The notes beneath the pieces are model-generated. The model saw nothing but the letters and a program-made list of their open reading frames with translations. It had not been told where the DNA came from and made no database searches. Source: a virus. From it: DNA of 64,000 bases. Made by a program: the position numbers and the translations under genes. Below are positions 58,109 to 64,000 of this stretch, piece by piece (the first letter of the stretch is position 1; every line of letters starts with the position of its first letter). Location of the stretch: IMG/VR virus record IMGVR_UViG_3300029267_002792; one strand, written 5' to 3'.

Positions 58109-59230
58109 TCAGATCGGCGGAATAATGCGGGGGTCACCATGCCCGTTTCTCGGCACCGCCAGGCCACCATAGGTGTGCATCCACTCGCCATCTGGATCGA
58201 ACGGCGATAACGCCCCAAGAGTTGCGTGAGTGAACCGCAGGAAATCTGCAGGAACCCGCCCACGCCTGAAAGCCTCGTTAGGCCAGTCCGGCCCGTGAAC
58301 CCACGGAGCGTACGCTCCAACCACACCCGGATTACCGTTCACAAGCTGGTATTTTGGGTTGTTGCGCGTCAAGCAGTCACTCGAATCCTGATCCCCGTAA
58401 TACTTCCAGATGCCGGGGTAGACGCTCATTGACACGCCCGTAGCCCCCAACATCCAGTAAGACAGCTCCCATGCGTACACCGATTCGATGTATCCGCCCA
58501 CCAGCATCGCTGGGCCGGGGTCACTCCCGGCCAAACCCAGCTCGCATACCCCGAGCACGTGGCAATAGAGTGTCCCGTTATAGTTGCGCATGCCCCAGAT
58601 CAGCACATCATGATCTTTAGCCGACATGTTGAAGTGATCCTGCCAGGTGTACGTCCCGTAGAGCTGATACCCACCCATTTCGCGCGGGTCCCCAGCCTGC
58701 CCGTTCGGCCGGACGTGAACGTACATGTAGTTCACAGCCGCGGACTCGAGACGAACTTGCATATTCGACCCGCCAGGCGCATCTAGCAAAGTCCACGCCC
58801 CGTTCGCCACAATCTGGCTTGTTGCCCTGGTCACCCTCGCCGGTATTCCTGACTCGGTCTCCCACCCAACCACATCATTCCACGACATGGAATCGATCTT
58901 GATCGTATCGGCGTCGATGAACTCAACGATTCGCGCTTTGACCCGATTCTGCTTGTTCGTGGCCAACAAGGAGATGACGTGCTCGTCGTCCACCATAGCC
59001 TGTGTAAAAGGACCGGATGGAGAGGTGATCTGTCTAGGAACGGCACCTACGGCGCAGTCTGACGGTGTAGCCACCACCGACGACCCAGTCCACGCCGCGT
59101 CCCCGTCATTGGAGTTCTCCGTATACCCTGCGAGCAGAAACAGCTCCCGAAGATTGAATACCGTAGCCCCAGACTGATTGTTTGACTGGGGTACCTCCCG
59201 GCAGTTACGAACGAATATATCGGCAGCCAT
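58109..59230 (-). CDS. tail protein, paralog A
   Basis: N-terminal half highly similar to 59246-60358. Confidence 0.65.
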   Translation of the reverse strand: MAADIFVRNCREVPQSNNQSGATVFNLRELFLLAGYTENSNDGDAAWTGSSVVATPSDCAVGAVPRQITSPSGPFTQAMVDDEHVISLLATNKQNRVKARIVEFIDADTIKIDSMSWNDVVGWETESGIPARVTRATSQIVANGAWTLLDAPGGSNMQVRLESAAVNYMYVHVRPNGQAGDPREMGGYQLYGTYTWQDHFNMSAKDHDVLIWGMRNYNGTLYCHVLGVCELGLAGSDPGPAMLVGGYIESVYAWELSYWMLGATGVSMSVYPGIWKYYGDQDSSDCLTRNNPKYQLVNGNPGVVGAYAPWVHGPDWPNEAFRRGRVPADFLRFTHATLGALSPFDPDGEWMHTYGGLAVPRNGHGDPRIIPPI

Positions 59231-59245
59231 TGTCGAGTCCCCTAC

Positions 59246-60358
59246 CTAAATTGGCGAGTGCACAACAGGATCGCCAGGCCGCCTTGGCACTGCCAACCCG
59301 TTATATAGGTGCAGCCAATCATCCGTAACCGGCTGCAAAATGTCATAATTTTGGTAGGTGAACCGTAACATGTCCTCTGGAATCCGACCCCTTCGATATG
59401 CCTCGTTTGTCAAGCTCGCCCCGTACACCCACGGACTGTGGAGCTGTACGTATCCGGGCTGACCGTTCACAAGCCGGTGCCCGAGCCGAGAGAGCAACGA
59501 ATAATCCGTGTCCTGGCCCCCATACTGTTTCAGAACGCTCGGATAAACTGTAACAGCTGCCGGGACAGTATCGAGCATGTAGTAACTACCATGCCACGGA
59601 AGTGTGGTGCTGATAAGGATGTCGCACAGAAGCCCAGGATTGGGATCGCCGGTAGCCAGATCAAGATCGCAGAACCCGAAGACGCGACCGTACCTAGTCC
59701 CATTGTAGTTGTACATCTTCCAAAACAACAGGTGCTGATCCTTGACAGCCATGTTGTAGGAATTCTCCCAGGCGTACCAACCGTAGATCGTCACCGCGGT
59801 GGTCTCTGTGGGATCGGCGCCTTGGCCATTCGGACGTACGTAGATGTTGTAGTACTGGCTGTTCACCGCAACAATGCGGACCTGCATGTTTGATCCACCA
59901 GGAGCGTCCATCAGCACCCACGCCCCGCTGGACAAAAACTGATTCTGGCACCTTGACACTCGGGCCGTGATCCCGAACTCTGTTGCCCAGCCCACAACGT
60001 CATTCCACGACATCCGATCTATCTTGATCGTATTGGCATCGACGTACTCCTCGATGCGGGCCAATATCCTGTTCTGGTCGTTGGAAGCCAACAATCCGAT
60101 TATGTGATTGTCATCCACCATGGCCTGCGTAAAAGGGCCAGATGGAGAGGTAATCTGCCTCGGGTTACCGGCGTCGACAGCACAGTCAACAGGTGCGGAC
60201 ACGAGAGCCGACCCAGTCCACGCCGCGTCCCCGTCATTGGAGTTCTCCGTATAACCCCCGACCAACAGCATCTCACGAAGGTCCCACACCTCTCCCCAGG
60301 ACTGTGAGGTCGTCCTATCGGGAGTGCGGCAGTTCCGCACGAAGATGTCATTAGCCAT
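59246..60358 (-). CDS. tail protein, paralog B
   Basis: MANDIFVRNCR vs MAADIFVRNCR; shared GYTENSNDGDAAWTGS. Confidence 0.65.
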   Translation of the reverse strand: MANDIFVRNCRTPDRTTSQSWGEVWDLREMLLVGGYTENSNDGDAAWTGSALVSAPVDCAVDAGNPRQITSPSGPFTQAMVDDNHIIGLLASNDQNRILARIEEYVDANTIKIDRMSWNDVVGWATEFGITARVSRCQNQFLSSGAWVLMDAPGGSNMQVRIVAVNSQYYNIYVRPNGQGADPTETTAVTIYGWYAWENSYNMAVKDQHLLFWKMYNYNGTRYGRVFGFCDLDLATGDPNPGLLCDILISTTLPWHGSYYMLDTVPAAVTVYPSVLKQYGGQDTDYSLLSRLGHRLVNGQPGYVQLHSPWVYGASLTNEAYRRGRIPEDMLRFTYQNYDILQPVTDDWLHLYNGLAVPRRPGDPVVHSPI

Positions 60359-60388
60359 AGCAACCTCCGAAACAGACAACCGCCACCA

Positions 60389-61240
60389 TCAGACACCCTC
60401 AACGTTGATCCCGGCCGAACCGAGATACACAGAGTCACCTGTCGTCGCACTCTGTTCGACTACGATCTCGTACATCCGAGCGACGTCGAGTATCTCGCCG
60501 CTCGCGGGGGCCGCTGACACGACAGTCAGATCGGTCTCCAAGTACTGCTGGCCATCCGAAGTCGTGCTCAAACTCGTGACCAGGCGAGGGGGTATCGGAG
60601 CCCCCGGGGGACCCAAGTCATACAAGCGAACATAGGACGTACCGGCCGCAACCAGCGTGACCCGCAAGGTGGCCCGGAAAACCGCCTTCAGCCCAGACGT
60701 GACAACCGCACCATCAAATGTCAGCTGCCCAACAACCTCCTCGATGGGACTAGCCGCCTGAACATAGGAGTAATCCGATGCGCCATCCGCAAAGACAGTA
60801 CCCGTACCGGCCCCACCACCCCCCATCGACGCGCCACCTCGCCAGTGCAGATCATTCCCGACACGCACCGCGAGCAGAATGTCTTCATCCGTGTTCGGAA
60901 CCTGATTCGCAACAGCAACCGCAATCTCGAGGTTCCTGGTCGGGGCACGAACAAGCGTTCCGTAGAACACCTGCCCATCCTCAATCGTGATAGTATTCGC
61001 CGGAATATCGAGCAAGAACCCGGTAATCGGGGAAACGATCTGAAGAGGAGCTGTCCATTGGAGCGTCGACCCCACTGCGTCCCACGTAATGGTCCCCCCG
61101 CCAACCAGAATGAGGTGGCGGTCTTCGCGCGCAGCGTAACCCGACGTATCGAGAGCCTTAGCGAAGTTTTCAAGCGCGATGTACCAAGGGTCCTGGTTTT
61201 CGTTCGGGAAGGGCCAATTCATTCGAGGCGTGTTCGCCAT
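60389..61240 (-). CDS. tail fibre-associated protein sharing its N-terminal domain with 54221-56080
   Basis: MxWPxPxENQxxWY...SREDRHLIL.GG shared. Confidence 0.65.
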   Translation of the reverse strand: MANTPRMNWPFPNENQDPWYIALENFAKALDTSGYAAREDRHLILVGGGTITWDAVGSTLQWTAPLQIVSPITGFLLDIPANTITIEDGQVFYGTLVRAPTRNLEIAVAVANQVPNTDEDILLAVRVGNDLHWRGGASMGGGGAGTGTVFADGASDYSYVQAASPIEEVVGQLTFDGAVVTSGLKAVFRATLRVTLVAAGTSYVRLYDLGPPGAPIPPRLVTSLSTTSDGQQYLETDLTVVSAAPASGEILDVARMYEIVVEQSATTGDSVYLGSAGINVEGV

Positions 61241-61857
61241 CACTTCCTCCCCGCGAGTCGATCATCCTGCGCCCGGGCGCTCTCCTCGTGGGATGACCCC
61301 CAATACGCCTCCTCCCCGCGCAGCACCGCCGTCAGCCACCCTGAAATACCCATCATCAGATACCCGCAGGTCCAGATCACCAAAAACACAGCCACGCCAG
61401 GACCCGAGTGCCCGAAAGCCCACAAAGGTGCGCCAGCCGCTAGCCCGGTAATGAACGACCGCAGCATAGCCACTTCGGCCTGTTCAACGTGTACATGTTC
61501 ATGTGCCTGAATCCGCGTCCACTCAGCTAGCCCTTTTCGCCCTTTAGGGCCGTAGAAGATCCCGTGACCGAGAGTCGTTCCTCCCCAGGCGTACACCTTG
61601 TCCCCGTCTCGATACAGATACCACCCCTTGGGCCACGTACCAGACGTAACTGGAAAAGACCCAGCCCGAATTCGACAGGTGAGGCACGGGCCGCCCCCAC
61701 CCCCTCGTTTGCGATCGTAAGGAGGGGGAGTTTCCCAGCGAAGGTCCTCACCCCAGAACAGGCGGATAAGAAGTACTGCTGGCCACGCCACCAGCAAATT
61801 CCAGGGAAGTGCTACAAAGTACAGAATCCAGTGCGTCCACTTCATCATGACCCTCAT
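61240..61857 (-). CDS. membrane protein with HEHVH (zincin-like) motif
   Basis: Hydrophobic segments, GGTTLGH...AHEHVHVEQ. Confidence 0.55.
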   Translation of the reverse strand: MRVMMKWTHWILYFVALPWNLLVAWPAVLLIRLFWGEDLRWETPPPYDRKRGGGGGPCLTCRIRAGSFPVTSGTWPKGWYLYRDGDKVYAWGGTTLGHGIFYGPKGRKGLAEWTRIQAHEHVHVEQAEVAMLRSFITGLAAGAPLWAFGHSGPGVAVFLVIWTCGYLMMGISGWLTAVLRGEEAYWGSSHEESARAQDDRLAGRK

Positions 61858-61876
61858 GCTGCGTCCATTGGACGCT

Positions 61877-62263
61877 CTAGGTCAACACCGTGACGCCAGC
61901 GACCACCTTGAACGGCGAGGGCAGAATGACTGGGCTGCGAGTACCGCTTGCAAGCACCACCCACACATCGAAGATGTACTCCCCAGCATCCATGGCGCGT
62001 GTATCCGAGGGAACGAACTTGATCTCAGCCTTCCCCTCCTTCGGATGCGTGATGTCCACCTGCGTCGCTCCCGCATCACTGTCCTTCTGAATCAGCGGAG
62101 AAGGGTCTGCCAAGGCGCACTTCACAGAGAGAATGACCCGAGCCCCCGTCAGGTCCACTTCCTCCTCTTCACCATCAACCACTTCCAACTCGAAAGTCTT
62201 GGACGCACCTCGGTAGATTTCGATCTCGTTCTCGGGTCCCAAGATACTCGTAGTGCCTGACAT
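61877..62263 (-). CDS. BppU-like baseplate upper N-terminal domain protein
   Basis: IYRGASKTF...VDLTGA...GKAEI...DT..GEYIFDV. Confidence 0.65.
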   Translation of the reverse strand: MSGTTSILGPENEIEIYRGASKTFELEVVDGEEEEVDLTGARVILSVKCALADPSPLIQKDSDAGATQVDITHPKEGKAEIKFVPSDTRAMDAGEYIFDVWVVLASGTRSPVILPSPFKVVAGVTVLT

Positions 62264-62282
62264 TATCGTACCCTCTCACACA

Positions 62283-63004
62283 TCAACACACCTCCGCCAG
62301 GCTTCCATGCAGTGTACCTTCGGCCTGGAGTTCAGCGCGGAGCCCCTGCTCGGTCCTCAAAAACCCCTCAATGCCCTCTGAGGCACCCACAGAGCCTCGA
62401 AGATGGGTCTGGACAACCAGGTACCCTTCCAGCCCGTCAACGTCGCGTAGGTGCCCCGTCAAGCGGCAGACAATCGCCGCGTCCAAAACGTCGGGCGAAA
62501 GGTCAATATAGAACACCTGCACCACATCGGGCGTGATCTTCGTGACCCGTGGAGGCTCTTTCAGAGTAACCTCGCCCGTCGAGGGATCAGTCTCGTCCCA
62601 CCCGTCCGGGTAGTCCGCTCGGAGAAGGAGCCCGTTCAGAAATACTGCCGTCGTGCCGGGCCGATACGGCTGCGACACGGTAAACACCCGGTTGACCCCG
62701 TCGATAGCGCCCGATGGGACCTCGAAGTGGGGAAGCGGCATGCCCCCTTATACCTCAAGTTTGATGGACGTGTCTACGCGATCGGCGTGTAGTTGACTTG
62801 AAGGACGTCGCCGAGGCGAGGAGCCTCGTGGAGCTGCAGCTTCTTTCCGCCCATCTCCTTCCAACCGTCCTGCCCGTGTCGGCCCTGCATCAGCCCGTTG
62901 AGCCACACCTGCGTCGTACCAGGCCGGTAGTCCGTACTCACGTAGAAAATGCGGTTTACCCCATCAATCGACCCTGATGGGATCTCAAAAATAGGAAAGC
63001 TCAT
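62283..63004 (-). other. paralogous pair of structural CDS (62283-62741, 62774-63004)
   Basis: FExPSGxIDGVNRxFxVSxxYRPGTTxVxLNGL shared. Confidence 0.6.
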
Positions 63005-63939
63005 TTGCGGTGTCGGACGGGCTCTAGCCCAAACCGTCGGCAGCGAGGCCACTCGCTCTCAGGCACCATGCGCTTGATGGACTTGACAGTGCGGTCCGAA
63101 AGCCCAGAACAGAACTCTTCCGTGGTCTCGTGACCGTTGGCCTTCTGAACGGCTTTGGTGAGCGTCCGAATCTCGCGTTGCACTGGGGCCGTATTCGCTG
63201 TCTTGCTCATCTTCCCCAGCTGCATCTCGAGGCGAGCATAGCTATCCCGGCGCTCGCGTTGCTCAGTCGCCACCTGGGTGTCCAACGCCGACAGAAACCA
63301 AATTAGGGACCCAACCGACGAGAGTCCGAAAATGATGAGGCCGATCAACCCCATGACGAAGCTGCGACGAGCGTTAGAAAACCTCTTCACCTCTTTGTCG
63401 ACAGCTACCAAATCATCCTGAGCAGTGTTCAGACGCTCCCGAGTCTTGATACCCTCAACCACGCTCGTCTCGACCTTACGTCGAGTCTCAAGGCTGGCAT
63501 CCCGGAGGTCCGCTATAACCGCTACCTGGGCGCAGTCGTGTCCACGCTCTTCCACCTTCTCAACGCGACGATCGAGCCCCTTCATCTCCGTGGTCACCTT
63601 CGTGTCGAGAATATCGACCTTCTGGAGTGCTCTGTCCGCCGACTTTTTCGAGGCCTGTACATCCTCTTGGAGGTCCGGAATCTTCTCAACGTACTTGGCC
63701 TGGTTGTTTGTCGCTCGGACGAGCCTCCGTAAGTGCTTCGACATTTGAGCGATCTCATCCCAAGCCAACTCTTGCCTGTTGACGACCGGCGTCCCTTCGT
63801 GGGCAGCGAATGACTCCGCGTCCGGGACACGCAAATCAGAACCCTTGGGTGGCGTCACAGTCAACCTCCATCGCCTATCTAGATCGACATCCTCGACGTC
63901 CAACTTGAGATCCGGAGACGACGAACGCTTCCTCGCCAT
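63001..63939 (-). CDS. coiled-coil single-TM protein
   Basis: Long heptad region, TM FVMGLIGLIIFGLSSVGSLIWFL. Confidence 0.6.
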   Translation of the reverse strand: MARKRSSSPDLKLDVEDVDLDRRWRLTVTPPKGSDLRVPDAESFAAHEGTPVVNRQELAWDEIAQMSKHLRRLVRATNNQAKYVEKIPDLQEDVQASKKSADRALQKVDILDTKVTTEMKGLDRRVEKVEERGHDCAQVAVIADLRDASLETRRKVETSVVEGIKTRERLNTAQDDLVAVDKEVKRFSNARRSFVMGLIGLIIFGLSSVGSLIWFLSALDTQVATEQRERRDSYARLEMQLGKMSKTANTAPVQREIRTLTKAVQKANGHETTEEFCSGLSDRTVKSIKRMVPESEWPRCRRFGLEPVRHRK

Positions 63940-64000
63940 GGGTGCACCCTCCTTGCTCTGTCCCGGCTATCCGGCCACTCATGTCTGCTCCCACAGCACC

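Noticed and set aside
328-63748. Long plus-strand ORFs (e.g. 328-1221, 10040-11335, 34147-35331, 36875-37792, 49255-50001)
   Set aside because: Antisense shadows of GC-rich minus-strand genes, with no motifs or RBS.
1-64000. cas1/cas2/Cascade/cas3 or anti-CRISPR genes
   Set aside because: No recognisable Cas motifs in any ORF. Small hypothetical proteins cannot be called Acrs without searches.
1-64000. Stop-codon reassignment
   Set aside because: Recognisable enzymes (PyrE, PyrF, Dcd, RnhB, TnpB) are full length in the standard code, and there is no suppressor tRNA.

Overview
This 64-kb window is part of a large, high-GC (about 60%) tailed phage genome, probably a contractile-tailed (myovirus-like) phage. 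Almost every gene is on the minus strand. The host is probably a Gram-negative Myxococcota/deltaproteobacterium; this is inferred from a Cys-rich DGDAD lipoprotein and a spanin-like gene. Positions 1-34 kb form an early/accessory region driven by more than 15 copies of a sigma70-like promoter (TTGCTCTTGACA-N16-18-TAnnnT). It carries pyrE, pyrF, dcd, rnhB, speD, a ParB-like protein, a tubulin/FtsZ-family GTPase, an adenine MTase, an amidase endolysin, a holin, a complete tmRNA, a tRNA-like RNA with an enlarged anticodon arm and a PTH2-like gene. Positions 34-64 kb hold putative head-internal proteins, chaperones, and baseplate and tail-fibre genes. The standout feature is four cas-less arrays of type I-E-like CRISPR repeats (25 repeats, 21 spacers) around a TnpB gene with an intact RuvC triad. 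Every array leader encodes the same roughly 120-nt three-hairpin RNA with covarying stems, an invariant AUUCCA loop and a 12-20 bp anti-repeat to the CRISPR repeat. One copy overlaps the tnpB 3' end as an omegaRNA would. A fifth, truncated copy in the tnpB 5' UTR is fused directly to a repeat handle and a 32-nt spacer. This suggests a phage TnpB that has adopted type I-E arrays through a tracrRNA-like scaffold. All protein calls come from motif recognition by eye; no database searches or folding programs were run.
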